Assembly: GCA_020184695.1 (NCBI GenBank)
Contig: JAANOX010000151.1
Coordinates: 1-64,000, forward strand
Source: Histomonas meleagridis 2922-C6/04-290x
Lineage: Eukaryota > Protista > Parabasalia
Reading direction: 5' to 3'
Length of the DNA stretch: 64,000 bases
This document shows, one piece after another, positions 32,818 through 45,400 of the stretch. Under the pieces are notes generated by a model that was not told the DNA's origin, did no database searches, and saw only the letters and a program-made list of their open reading frames with translations. The translations under genes and the position numbers were made by a program. Positions within the stretch are counted from its first letter, which is position 1. Every line of letters begins with the position of its first letter.

Positions 32818-33234
32818 TTATTTGCTACCTTTGGCTTTCCTGATTTGCTCAATTATTTGTACTAAACATGGCGTTTTGTCATATCCACGAATTGACATTT
32901 CTTGTTCAAGATAAGTTCGATCCACAAATTCTGATGGGTTTTGACTTTCATATCTAAAAACTGTTGGCGCAAACTTTAACCCAATAGATTCTAAATAATC
33001 CATTACTAAGTAATACTCAAAATAGTCATTGAGGTTTTCTTGATTAAATTGAATTCCTGGGAAAGATTCTGGTGGTTTGCTTGTTGGATCTTGAATATAA
33101 TTTGCTGCTGATTGAGCATATTTCTGAGCTTGAGCCAAAGCTTTTGCTTTAACACCTTTTTCTTCAATAAGCTTTTCAACTGCTTCGATTGTTTCTTGCT
33201 GAGCTTCGAATACAGGACCACTAAGTAATTCCAT
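32818..33234 (-). CDS. LisH-containing FOP/FOR20/TONNEAU-like basal-body protein
   Basis: LisH motif LVMDYLESIGLKFAPTVFRYE preceded by a short helical block; likely start MELLSGP at 33234. Confidence 0.6.
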   Translation of the reverse strand: MELLSGPVFEAQQETIEAVEKLIEEKGVKAKALAQAQKYAQSAANYIQDPTSKPPESFPGIQFNQENLNDYFEYYLVMDYLESIGLKFAPTVFRYESQNPSEFVDRTYLEQEMSIRGYDKTPCLVQIIEQIRKAKGSK

Positions 33235-33499
33235 GACGGAAATTGTTAAGCTAAAATCTAATTCTAAACGTTTGTATTTAATAACGTTCTTTGAAGTGAA
33301 AAGTGCTATATGTGGAACCCGTTTAAAATCTTGAGTCCGGCGGTTATTATATGAAAATGGGGGATACTTAACGCACTTTCCCGATAAACCACATAATATT
33401 GACTTAAACATCTTTTTTAAAAAAATTTAGATCTTTTTTAGCTATTTAAATAGCTATGCGAAAACGCAAAATAGATTCAAGTAAAAAAGAAAAATATAT

Positions 33500-34170
33500 C
33501 ACCAAAACATAGAAATAGAATTATTTTCTGAACTTGAACAAATCATAATGAATATGACAGAAGATAATATAAAATTGTCGACAAAACGTACAATAAAAAT
33601 ATTTGATCAATTTTGTCCTGATTTTTCAAAAAATTATGAAGAGCTCTCAAAGAATGTTGGGAGCTTCATAAGCAATTCATTGAAGAAGGACACAATCCAA
33701 ATGAAATTGCAAAAACCATTCGAAATGATGAAATAGAAAAACTTCAAGAAATATCATCACAACCAAAATTTAATTTTAATCAAATAATTGAACCATCACT
33801 TTATGAAAGATGTTCATTTATTAATGTAAAAAATGTCACACTAATTGATTATGCAGCATTTTTTTCATCTGTTAAATGTTTTAAATATTTACTTATGAAT
33901 GGAGCAAAATTAGATAAAACAGGTAAATATGCTGTTGCAGGTGGAAATGAAGAAATAATTCATTTATGTGAACAAAATGGTTCATCATTTATAGGGCTTA
34001 TGAAATAGCAATCAAATATCATCGAAATGATATTTTTCTTTATCTTTATGAAAATAAAATTGAAAATTTGTGTGAGGAACATGATACAAAATGGTATAGA
34101 GATTATTTGAAACAGCACTTGATTTAGCATTTTCAAAAGCTAATAAAAAAATTGTCAAGTTATTTAGAAA
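33500..34170 (+). pseudogene. DUF3447 gene fragment with frameshifts
   Basis: ELHKQFIEEGHNPNEIAKTIRNDEIEKLQ...LIDYAAFFSSVKCFKYLLMNG...YAVAGGNEEIIHLCEQ is a close paralogue of 60794-61798; frameshift near 33995. Confidence 0.8.
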
Positions 34171-34448
34171 GAAAAATGTGTAAATAAACCACATACAAAA
34201 AGTAAAAGGAGGCAGCGGCATAATACTTCCAGAAAAGATCAAAATGGAAATTTCGAAAAAATATTTCAAGATTTCCGATTAGGAACTCCAGAAAATTGAA
34301 AAAAGCACTTTCTCTTGTAAACCCGTTAAAACTGCAAAAAATTGACTAAAATGTTAACCACCGAAAATCGTTCAATTCAAACAAAATTTGAATGTGTGGT
34401 CCTCAAAAAATGTAAAGCACGATACGATTCAAAACACAAAGACTGGAA

Positions 34449-35540
34449 ATGATTTCTCTTTTGCTATCTCTTTGCATTCTTAAATTTGATTTTGACATTT
34501 CAAAAGATTCTCCATATGGACGATTTGGTCCTCATGGATTCCGAAAAAATTCTACAATCCATGCAATATTTTCTTTTCCTGAAAATCCAGAACTTAATGA
34601 AACTATTGTTATTTCCATGGGGTTTTCATCCATTTTTTCAGAGTTTTTGTCATGTTTTTATGATTTGTATGATATTAACAAAAGTACTCTTTCATATCAA
34701 ATAATTACAGACCAAACAACCAGTAATTACCTTCTATTTGCTTATTGCTCTACCTACCTAAATGAGAAAGTTCACATTCACCTTGATTTTCCTGATTGCA
34801 GATCTGATTATCAACAAGATTGGCTAATTTATTCTACTGTAGCATGCCTTGGTTCTTTAATTTTTAGCATTCCCTTAATAATGTGGATCAGGAAACATAC
34901 CAAAGCCCACACCTTGAAATACGCTACACCACTTATTATTTCAGCTATTCAATTTATTGTATTTCTCATTTTAGAAGTTCTTGCTCATTTTAATGTGATT
35001 TATATGGATGTTGATCATCAATTTATTAGTGCATCTGTTTTTTATACATTATTCATCATTTTCATCAATTACTTTATGATAGAACCTTACTTCAACGATT
35101 TTAATATCATTATTAAAGTTTATTTTCTTGGTATATATCCCATTGCAGTCATTGCTAGTTTTCTTGTTTGTGGAATGTCAAATAATGTTTATGTGGAACT
35201 ATTTGTTTTCTTAGCTACACTTATAATAATATGTATAATAAATACTATAATTGCTTTTAAAAAATTCGATAAAGAGAAAAGAAAAACTGTAAATGAACTC
35301 TTTTCATTTGCGTTAATTCCATTCATTGCTCTAATTTTGAGAGTGTACTCATTAGTAAAGGATTTCTTGGCATTACGACGTACACTTTTCTATCAATATA
35401 TAGCATTTATATTGTATCAGATATTTACTGCACTTATATCATATTTCACCGCAATGGCAATAACACTAATGAATAACTACAAAGACCAACAATTGTTGGA
35501 TGATAACCCTCTCATAAGTCAAGATAATGCAACAAAATAA
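34449..35540 (+). CDS. Signal-peptide + approx. 7-TM membrane protein (possibly GOST/GPR107-like)
   Basis: Hydrophobic N-terminus, short luminal beta domain with GPHGF, then about seven hydrophobic helices. Confidence 0.55.
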   Translation: MISLLLSLCILKFDFDISKDSPYGRFGPHGFRKNSTIHAIFSFPENPELNETIVISMGFSSIFSEFLSCFYDLYDINKSTLSYQIITDQTTSNYLLFAYCSTYLNEKVHIHLDFPDCRSDYQQDWLIYSTVACLGSLIFSIPLIMWIRKHTKAHTLKYATPLIISAIQFIVFLILEVLAHFNVIYMDVDHQFISASVFYTLFIIFINYFMIEPYFNDFNIIIKVYFLGIYPIAVIASFLVCGMSNNVYVELFVFLATLIIICIINTIIAFKKFDKEKRKTVNELFSFALIPFIALILRVYSLVKDFLALRRTLFYQYIAFILYQIFTALISYFTAMAITLMNNYKDQQLLDDNPLISQDNATK

Positions 35541-35903
35541 AATATAAAATTTTCAACTATTTTTAAATATATTGTCCAAAATGTTGTTTTTCGTTGGATT
35601 TATTTTACATGTGTTGATACGAATATGTTTTGAGCTGATAAAATGTTTATAGGCAAAATTTTTATAATAATGTTGGAACATTTTGGTTCACTCACTCCAG
35701 GTATACCTAAATAATGAAATGCAGAGACTATTCCTAAGTAGATCGTTTTCCTAAAAATAAAAAAGTTTGTTGTTCCTTTTTGTTAATTCTTCTATGATAT
35801 AATCAAAAATTTAATAAAAAAAAGTACAAATTTTGGAGGCTTATAGCTGACAAAAAAAATCTATTCGAACTGAAAACATAGTGTTTTTATCACTACTCTT
35901 CTT

Positions 35904-35923
35904 CTTTGTTTCATGAAACAAAG
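35904..35923. repeat. Perfect 20-bp palindrome CTTTGTTTCATGAAACAAAG
   Basis: The sequence equals its own reverse complement. Confidence 0.9.
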
Positions 35924-36158
35924 CTAGCTATATCCAGTGCAATGCCTCCTTAAAATTACTTTTGAATTAATATTTGGTCATACGGTTTTTTGGGAACAGG
36001 TTCAATATCGTTCAGCCACTTTTCTGAGGAGGATTCTGTACCATTCAAAATTGAGATAACGCAAATTTTTTTTCAAAGTATTTAATTGAAATCTCTCGTT
36101 GAATTTTTAAATAGTTTATCAAGTTTATCAGCAAAGCTACCTCCCGCAGATTCTTTGC

Positions 36159-38441
36159 ATGAAGCCTGGGCTTCTCCAACAAATTCAGGAGACCAATGAA
36201 ATTGAGGGTGAAAGCACAATATTTCTTACAGCATATGTGCAAAGAATTGATTCAAAAGGAAATGCTGAAGATAGAGTTATTGTTTGTTCGCTTTATTACA
36301 TTTATATCTTCAAAAACCGAACATTCCCGTTTCATAAAGGCTATAAGTTATCGCAAAAAATACGATATGACCATATTATTTCAATTCGTTCTTCAAGCCC
36401 AGATTCTTTTGAAATTCACACCAGCAACTCAGATTATGTTTTTTCTGCATCTGGTGCTGATGGTATATTAGCCACAATTGTCCAACATTTAATGACAATT
36501 ATTCCAAAAATGGAATTACCATATTTTTCGATTCCATCAAGTATTCTTCTAGGTGTTGGTACTATTCACGAAGCAATGTGCAATCGAATTAAATTTGTTT
36601 CACATACAACATCTAGATCTCCACCACCTGATTTATACAAGCTTGTTGATAAAGTATGCAGGAATGCTCTTAAGAGTCATAGTCCTAAGAGCAAAATTCT
36701 TAAATTAGAGATATTTAAAGATCATCATTTTTTTTTAGATTTAATTCTCGATGCCTTAAATGTATTTCCACTCTTTGAGCGCATTATTATACCCAAGCCA
36801 ACAGCGCCCAGCCAAACCTATTGGGGGTTACTTGCAGATTTTATCATTAAGAATTATACGATAACCACGATTGAAACATTTGAGCCTATTTCAGCCAATT
36901 TCCAACAGTTTGTTGATGCGCTATGTACATCGCCGCAAACTCGTATCCAAAACTTAGGTTTTTATAACAGTTGTTTTGGGCCTAATTTTTCCACTTCGAT
37001 TAACAACATATTAAATCGCATTCGTATAAAGAGTTTATTTATATCTAATGGCCTTAACTTAAAAGGGTATCAAACATTAGTTACATTTTTTCATTCCAAC
37101 ATTGGATTCCAATCTTTAACGACATTATCTTTAAGTGAATCGAAATTTATCCAATTCCAACAAATCATTACATTATTACCCAATCTTAAGATATTATATT
37201 TAATTAAATGTTCGTTAGACTTAACCAAAGTATTTGAAGTTTTATCTAATAATCCAAACATATTATTACATGAATTACGATTATCAGGAAATCGTTTTTT
37301 ATCTCCAATCAAAACGGACATTATATTACCGAAACATTTAAGTTCATTATATTTAGATGGAGTTGAATTTACATCGAATATCATGAAGAAGATCTTTATT
37401 TCTATTTCTAATCATACAAACACTAAAGGGTTTTCATTATCATTACGTAATGCTATGCAAGCTCCATCACAATGGGAAGAGTTTGAATTGTTTTTATATT
37501 CATATAATAATCATAACATTATAAAACTTTCATATGATTGGAATCCTATTCGAAAAGGGTTTATTGAATTTATAAAGAATTCGGAGAGTTTAATGTTTTT
37601 ATCATTACATGGATGTTTATTTAATGAATCTCCATATTTAAATGAATTAAGTGATGCAATTGCACAAAACAAATCGATAAAGAACTTAAGTATTTCAGGT
37701 GATAAGAATCATACTTTATCTGATTCATTTAATATAATATTTAATGGGATAATACGTAATAAATCAATTAAATTACTTGACATAACACATAATAATATCG
37801 GAAATTTATTATCGAATTATATATTAAAGTTATTTAGCTCGAATAATAATATACGTGAATTATATTTCGATGATAATTATTTCTTAAATTTTAATAAATT
37901 AAAAATTATGTTACAAGAAATCCAAAAGATTTCGATATGTATTAAGTTACATCTTCCGCGAATAGACTTAATGCGAATGAAACAATTAAATTGTATTAAT
38001 GATTCTGATATAAATGAAATTAATACAATAATTAATAATTGTAATTCTTATAACAACATTACAATAAATAATAATAAAAATAAAAATAAAAATGATGTGA
38101 ATAATGATAAAAATAATTCACAAAGTTCCGCAAATATTAATATGGAAAACTCTTCAGTACTTTCTTCGTCATCTGTGTTCGGTTCATTAAATAATAATAA
38201 TAACATTGATAACTTCTTGTTGCCATTTCCTTTTAATGATGAAAATATTAATAACGAACTAAAAGGAAACATAAAACATTTGATGGAAAAATATATTTCG
38301 GACGAAAAATGGTTAAACAATTACGAAAAGGTACAAGTGACTGATTTCTCGGCTGTCTTCGGAAATATGATGAAACAATATAACGTAAATAATATAATAG
38401 AAAACATTAAAAGAAAAGAAATGTTACAAAAAGATATATAA
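36159..38441 (+). CDS. CARMIL/LRRC16-like PH + RNI-type leucine-rich-repeat protein
   Basis: N-terminal VQRIDSKG...DRVIVCSLYYIYIF is PH-like, followed by L..L.LS.N repeats and an Asn-rich tail. Confidence 0.72.
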   Translation: MKPGLLQQIQETNEIEGESTIFLTAYVQRIDSKGNAEDRVIVCSLYYIYIFKNRTFPFHKGYKLSQKIRYDHIISIRSSSPDSFEIHTSNSDYVFSASGADGILATIVQHLMTIIPKMELPYFSIPSSILLGVGTIHEAMCNRIKFVSHTTSRSPPPDLYKLVDKVCRNALKSHSPKSKILKLEIFKDHHFFLDLILDALNVFPLFERIIIPKPTAPSQTYWGLLADFIIKNYTITTIETFEPISANFQQFVDALCTSPQTRIQNLGFYNSCFGPNFSTSINNILNRIRIKSLFISNGLNLKGYQTLVTFFHSNIGFQSLTTLSLSESKFIQFQQIITLLPNLKILYLIKCSLDLTKVFEVLSNNPNILLHELRLSGNRFLSPIKTDIILPKHLSSLYLDGVEFTSNIMKKIFISISNHTNTKGFSLSLRNAMQAPSQWEEFELFLYSYNNHNIIKLSYDWNPIRKGFIEFIKNSESLMFLSLHGCLFNESPYLNELSDAIAQNKSIKNLSISGDKNHTLSDSFNIIFNGIIRNKSIKLLDITHNNIGNLLSNYILKLFSSNNNIRELYFDDNYFLNFNKLKIMLQEIQKISICIKLHLPRIDLMRMKQLNCINDSDINEINTIINNCNSYNNITINNNKNKNKNDVNNDKNNSQSSANINMENSSVLSSSSVFGSLNNNNNIDNFLLPFPFNDENINNELKGNIKHLMEKYISDEKWLNNYEKVQVTDFSAVFGNMMKQYNVNNIIENIKRKEMLQKDI

Positions 38442-38539
38442 AAAGTTGTAAATGTTAATAAAAATTTATAGAAAATGGAAATGTTTTTTTGGATTAATTA
38501 AAATATATATAAATGTATTTCGAATAGTTTTTGGATAAT

Positions 38540-38788
38540 ATATAAATTGTTCAAGAAGTTGTTTAACTATTTCTGTATGACTATTTAAAAATGAATGCAT
38601 AAGTGCTGTTTCAAATATTTTAAATAATTTCCAAATATTATTTTGAAATATAAAATCATTAAAATAAATATTAAATATAATAAATAATTATCTTTAGCAT
38701 TAACATCAATTCCTTATTGTTCAAGAAGTTGTTTAACTGTTTCTATATGACCATTTAAAGATAAACACATAAGTGCTGTAAAAAATAA
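38540..38788 (-). pseudogene. Isolated two-cassette ankyrin fragment with a 68-nt spacer (38619-38686)
   Basis: Cassette 38687-38788 (102 nt) reads LFFTALMCLSLNGHIETVKQLLEQ*GIDVNAKDN, then the spacer, then IFETALMHSFLNSHTEIVKQLLEQ. Confidence 0.8.
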
Positions 38789-39498
38789 TTTAATTAGTTT
38801 GTAGTGCTGTTTTCAGTCAGAATTTAGTGCTTTCGTTTCCGTGATGCTAATCACGGTGAAGAACTTTAATCAATGATAACGAAATATATTCAAATCTAGA
38901 TGAATTTTATTTATTTATAGTTTCAAAAATCAATTGAAATAACATTTATGAAAAGATGATCAATGTTTCATAAGTTATGCTAAAATAATCGCTCATTCAA
39001 AGTAAGTGACAAATAAATTTGATTACTCGAATGTTTTATTCTAGACTTTCTTTTTTTACAGAGAAATAAACTCAACAGCATAAAGCAATCAATATTACTG
39101 ATTTAAAAGTTAAAGTTATCTTTACAAAATATAAAAAAAAAAAAAAAAAATCTTAATAAAAAATCCTTAAATTTGTTTTTTGTTATTACTTAATGATGTC
39201 ATTTTTTAGTCTAAACATTTGATGTTTTGTGTCTCAAACTAAAAATGATTAATCAAAAACTCTTCAATCTTGATAAAATAAAAAAGTGTATATTCACAAT
39301 ATATTAAATGTATATTGATATAAAATCAAAATATCTTATTGAAAATTTGATTTATTGGCAAACCAATAAGTGCTAAATTCTGAAGTTATTTGAAGAAATT
39401 AGAAATTCGTTTTAGAAAAGTAGTTGGTGGTTCCTCCTTACTTCTATTTATCGACCTTTTTTTTTAGCGGCAGCTATTGAATCGAGTGTAAAAGCATG

Positions 39499-42400
39499 CT
39501 ATAGAGCTCCTGAAGCCATGTTAAACAAAACATTCCATTTTTCTTGGAATTCATTTTCATCGTATTCATCATTGGAGTCCATAATTCTTTGTTTCATTAA
39601 ATCCAAATCATTTTGTAATTGTCCATCGCCTTTAGTTCCAACTGTTTTTGCTTGTATTGCTTCTTCAAGTAATTTGTAATTTTCGATAAATTGTTGATAT
39701 GTCGAAATATTTCCTATTTCGTTTAACGCATCTAAATCTTTTTTCATTAGAGAAACTTGTTTCTGTTTTACATCTGGCGCATTAATTAAATATGTTTCGT
39801 TAGGACAACTTCTGCTATATGGTGCGCCTACTGATAAATTAACTTCATTACTTTTATTGTTAATTAAATATGTGGTAACATGTTTAAATTTGATTTTGTT
39901 TGCTTTCATTTTTTCATCTCCTGCTTGTACAGTTTCGAAAGGAACTTCTCCATCAGTAACAATGATTAAATGATCATGATAATTTTCACCTGCAGTAACT
40001 ACTATATCTGCAATAAGATCTGAATATGTTCCTTCATTACCATATTTATTATTCATAAAATCTTCCATTTGACTTCTTGTTTTTTCTTGAAGATGTTCTA
40101 AATTTGACCATATAAATATTTTATCGCCTGGTTTATATTCATTTTCGATAATTTTTCGGAGTTCTGAATGATAAAATATATTTCCGCGAACAGATCCAGA
40201 ACAATCGATTGCAAATAATCGATGTTTTATTATATCAGAAAATCCATTCCATTTGATACCCTCGTGAACTGTATAAATAACTGCTTTTGGACGCCAATAT
40301 TTAGGTTTAATATTTTTATCTCTGGAATGTACTTCAGGTCTTGCAGTCCATCCAGCAATATTTTGTATGTATTTAAATGTTCCATCTTTATTCATCTTAG
40401 TAAAACATTTTGTAAATCCACAATCAATTATAATATCGCCATAATCACATGTTACATGACTTGGATAAAATAATGAACTTATTCCACCAGATGAATCTCT
40501 AGAAAATGGAATAAATGGGCTCATCTTACTTTCATCTTGAACATATGAAATTGTAATTCCTTCAAATATTTTACCAAGATTATGAGCTAATGGAAATCTT
40601 TGAATTTCTTTAAATACTTTTGGATTTCGATTAAATGATTGTGGCTTTGATAATCCCCCTGTTTCATCACCAAATAATATTTTTCCTCCTTTATGTTCAC
40701 CGCCAATTCTTAATTCGGAACATTTATCTTCTAATTCTTTAAAGCGTGCTTTCTGAAGGAATAAATTTACTTGATAATGAAGTGGATCTCCTTCAGCCCA
40801 AAAGACAATTGAACCGCCATTTTGCCAATACAAAATTAATACATCAATAAATTGTCCAACTAAATTTGGATCTGCATGTGGATTATTTTGTTGTGGTAAA
40901 ATTGGATATGGCGGCCCACATATTACCCATGTAGCATAATAATCACAGAAACCTTGTGTAGTTTGTTTCGTTAATTCTTGTATTGCATCATAATAATTTA
41001 ATACAACTTTGATTTCAATACCAAAATATTCTACTGCTGTTTTAATACATTCAGTTTGACCATCCTTCGGCTCAAATATGTATTTAGGATTTACATATTT
41101 TTTCTCTTTTCCGCTTAATTCATTTGACCATAACATTACAATTAATATTTTTTGTCCTTCCAATAAATTTTTTGTATACATTTCGGTGTTCGGTCCTGTT
41201 GGATTTATAAATCCTTTTTCTGCATTTCCAACATCTTTTTCTTCATTATAAAAATCAGAAAATGCATCAAGTGTTGGTATGATATCATGAAGTTCTTTTT
41301 TAAGTTCTGAAAACGGTGATAAATTATTTTGATTTCGTATTAAATCTTCAATTATTTTATGCATTTCCATTTGATTAGGTTCAGAACCATGAATAAGACG
41401 TATTTCATCAAGTTTATCTAATGAATCATCACTAAAAAGTGATGCAATTGTTCTTAATAAAGACAATGGATTTGGTGAATAAACAACTTGAGAAAATAAG
41501 TTTTCAATTCCTTTTGGATATATTCCAACACCTATACCAATTGTATTAATACCATATTGAACACATAAATTAACTTCTTCAATAATTAATTTTCGTTCAT
41601 TTTGTTGATATAATCCATCTGTAATGATAAATAATAAACTTGAATGATCTGTAGATTGTAATCTTTTTAAATCAAATGCTGTATGAATAGCTGATGCTAA
41701 ATCGATATTAGTTTTAGGATTTTTTAAAATTGAAAATAAAGATTCCCAAAGTGGTGATTTTATATTTAATGCTTCAAATGTATTAATACCTGAACATAAA
41801 ATGTTTGGTGCTGGTGATCCTGCAATAATTAAATTGAAACATGGTAAATCAATATTTGTTAATATTGATAAAAGATTTCGAATTGTTTGTATAGTATGAG
41901 CTTCAGAAAGTTCATTAAAACATGAAATAGATGGATCAATAATAATGGTTACATCATAATTACGTTTTAATCCTCCTTTTTCTACTAAATATATTAAAGG
42001 ATCTGGAACAGGATTTAATATATTTAATATTAATGCTGTAATATCAAAATCAGTACCTGTCGATGATAATACTGATTGTGATGCTTTATTTGGTTTAAAC
42101 ACGGTTTCTAATGATGAATTATGAATTCTTTTGATTTCTATAAAATCATGAAGAAATGTTTCAAATTCTTTTTTATCATTCATCTTTGATATTGAAATAA
42201 TTTTGTTAGTTTTGTTTCGATAATGTGACATTTCTAATTGATTAACGTGATTATTAACGGTATTTAAAACATTTGTTCTTCCCGAATAAATACCTTCTAA
42301 TTTAGTAAAATCTACATTTTTTAAAAGACTTTCAAAATGATTTATATCTTTTAATTCTGGTATATCTTCTGGTATTTCTGCAAGTGTAATTTCTTTATAC

Positions 42401-45400
42401 TTAGGAGGTAATTGTTGACTTTCTTTACGTTCCATAACATCAGCAAACATGTTCAATAATGAATTATCAATTTCTTCATTAAATTCGGCTTGTATTGGTG
42501 TTACTATGATTAGTGATTGTGCTTTATATTCTTTCGTTTCGTTTTCAAAGTTATGCCATTTTTCTTCAATAAATTCTAAGTTTTCTCCTTTGAGTTGTTT
42601 CGATTTAATAAAAATAAATCCATATGAAAAATTAGGATTTGATAATAACTTCGCCCATACTTTTGTCCGAACAAGATTTTCATCAATACCATCAGTAAAT
42701 GTGAAAAATGCTACATTTGGTCTTGTTTCAAGAATTGATTTTGGAATAGAATCTATAGCAAATTGAACGGAATTAATTAAATTAGTTCGATATCGTTTAA
42801 TTAAGATACAATCTAAAATTCTTTGTAATATAATATATGAATGATTTTCTTCAAATGATTTAATAACACATTTAAATCTTTCGTCTGCAATTAAAATTAC
42901 TGAATATGGAATTTCCATTGAAGAAAGTGCACATGTTAATGCACAAATAATTAACATATTAAATATTTTATTTTCATCTGATATAAATGAACTACAATCA
43001 ACTAAAATATTTGCACATATATTCGAATATGGAATTGTACAATCTGATGCTACTTTAACGAATAAAGAACTTAAATAATAACTTTGTTGAATAAGATCTT
43101 TTATAGTATAATTATTTGATTTCGGTATTAATAATTCATTTCTTATATTATATCCATTTGATTTCTGAATTACATTATCTTCTTCATTCTCCATACTTTT
43201 CATACGATTAATTACCCTTTCAATTCCATCCATTTCAGTAAATTGTGAAGTAATTCCATCAAATTGTTCAGTTTCTATTCCACCTTTTGTGGTTTTTTGA
43301 TTATCATAGATATAAAAATCTTTTCCTGAATCATTATTTTCATTATTTTCGTTTATATCTTCAGATTCTTTTTCTTTATTTATTACATTTTGATTCTCAT
43401 TTATAATATTTTTATAATTAATTTCACTAAATTTTTGAATATTTTGTTGTTCATATACAATTGAATTATCATTTTCTTTCTTTTCCTGAATATCAAGTAA
43501 TTTACTTTCAAATTTACTTTCTGTTCGTGTTTTCGTTTCAGTAACAAATAATTCATTTGAATTAAATATATTAATAGCTTTCGTATCATATTTCTGTTTT
43601 TCGGTATTTTCCCAATTTCTTTGTTCAATGAAAATTGGTTTCTTTTGAGGTAATTGAATGAATTCTTTTGATATTCTTCTTGACGCTTTAATTACTTTTC
43701 GCGGTAAATTAATTTGACTAAAGTCAACACCTGCTCGACTTAATTTACTCGTAGTTAATTCAAATGATTCACTAAAATCATTTATATAAGGTGATAAAAA
43801 TGAGTGATCTTTTAATGGAAGTTCGCGATATATTTGTGTTAATTTTGAAAAATATTCTTGTGTTGATTTAAGATCCACCGTCTTCGAAGACATCTTTAAG
43901 TTTCTAATATGAATAGGAAGGACTTTTGCACCTTGAGTACATGTTTGATAAAATTGTATTAAAGAAGAAATCGTTTCATTATTTGAATCTTCTGGTATTG
44001 AAATTTTTGGTAATTCAATTTGAAGTTCATTAGAATCAATTGATGTGTCTTGATTTATTATTATTGGCTTTATAATATCTCGTTCATCGAAATTATCCTT
44101 TTTCTCAGGTTTCTTAAATTCAGTAAGAAGGTAACATTTCGATCTTGAATCTTCAGTTGGAATTTGTGTTAATAACTGTTTCTTTTCATTATAATCACGT
44201 TCTATATACACATTTCTATTGTAAATGATTGTATCGCTATTATTTATGGCACTTTGTTTGATTTCAAAATACTCATTACGAAGTTTTTGCATTTCTTCTT
44301 TAATTTGTTCATTTGATGGTGCTTGATATAACATAAAGTTTCTTTTTTCTAAACTTTCGTATCTTTCTTTAAAAATCTTATAAAATTTAAATATATAATT
44401 ACATGCATATACTTTTAAGATTAAATCTTTTTTCTGAATTCCTTTTGGAATTGAAAACATATTCTGATTTTGTAACATTTCTTGAAGTTCATTTGGTAAT
44501 ATTTTGATTAAGTTATATATATTATACATTTTCTTTCTAGTTTTCAGAATTAACATAAAAATGAAATTTGAAAAATCTCTTTTTCTTAATTGAACATTCT
44601 TCAAATCAGTGTATTTTTTAACAGCAAATTGACTTTTTATCTTTGTTAATATTTCAGTTGCTTTTTCAATGTTTTCATTCTTTGGTTCTAATTCATCCAA
44701 ATCTTGATCAATTTCAGGATAAATTGTAAATGCAGGGAACCATTGTTCTTTCTTATCAAAACCGATTATAGGAAAATAATCATGATTGAATCTTTTGTAT
44801 TGTGGATCATTATTTTTTTCATAGGAACCTTCTTTACATCCATGAACATAAGTGATTTCTCCCTTAGAAACGTTAATTATATCATCATTGTAGGAAATCT
44901 TTGGATTTGTTTCTAACTCAAAACCAAAAGGTGTAATTAAACAAGATACTTTAGTGAGATCTAGTTGGTTATTTATTGTTATTTTTTCCCATTTTTCTTC
45001 ATAAAATGCTAAAATAGGAAATCTTTTCATTATATCTTCATCTAATTTTTTGTTGTAAGGTATAATGTTCTTTGTATTTCTTGAATCTTTAGAGTAGAGA
45101 ACACTTTTTGGTGCTTCTTGGAATTTTACGTATATCATTTTTTTCATGTTACGTGATTCTATCATAATATAATATTTACAATTTGAATTAGAATTAACAT
45201 TGTTTAGATTTTGTGGATCTATTTTTATTATTATGTCAAAATCAAATTTTTGTTGAATAAATATTTCTGGGATTACGGGAATGTTGGTGCCATATGGTAA
45301 ATTACAATCAAAATTCCCATTTTGCTTTCCAATCCAAAGTTTACTTAAAATTCTGCAACGTAATTGAAATTCTTTAACTTCTTCAGAATAATATAAGATC

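Noticed and set aside
33235-33411. N-terminal 59-aa extension of the 32818-33411 ORF
   Set aside because: The segment reads like promoter sequence (AACGTT motifs); the LisH protein is better started at ATG 33234.
38817-39383. 11-bp inverted repeat TCAGAATTTAG/CTAAATTCTGA as MITE ends, and the 7-bp stem CCGTGAT-GCTA-ATCACGG at 38839-38856 as an ncRNA
   Set aside because: No target-site duplication or TIR extension, and no snoRNA/snRNA box pattern; compatible with chance.
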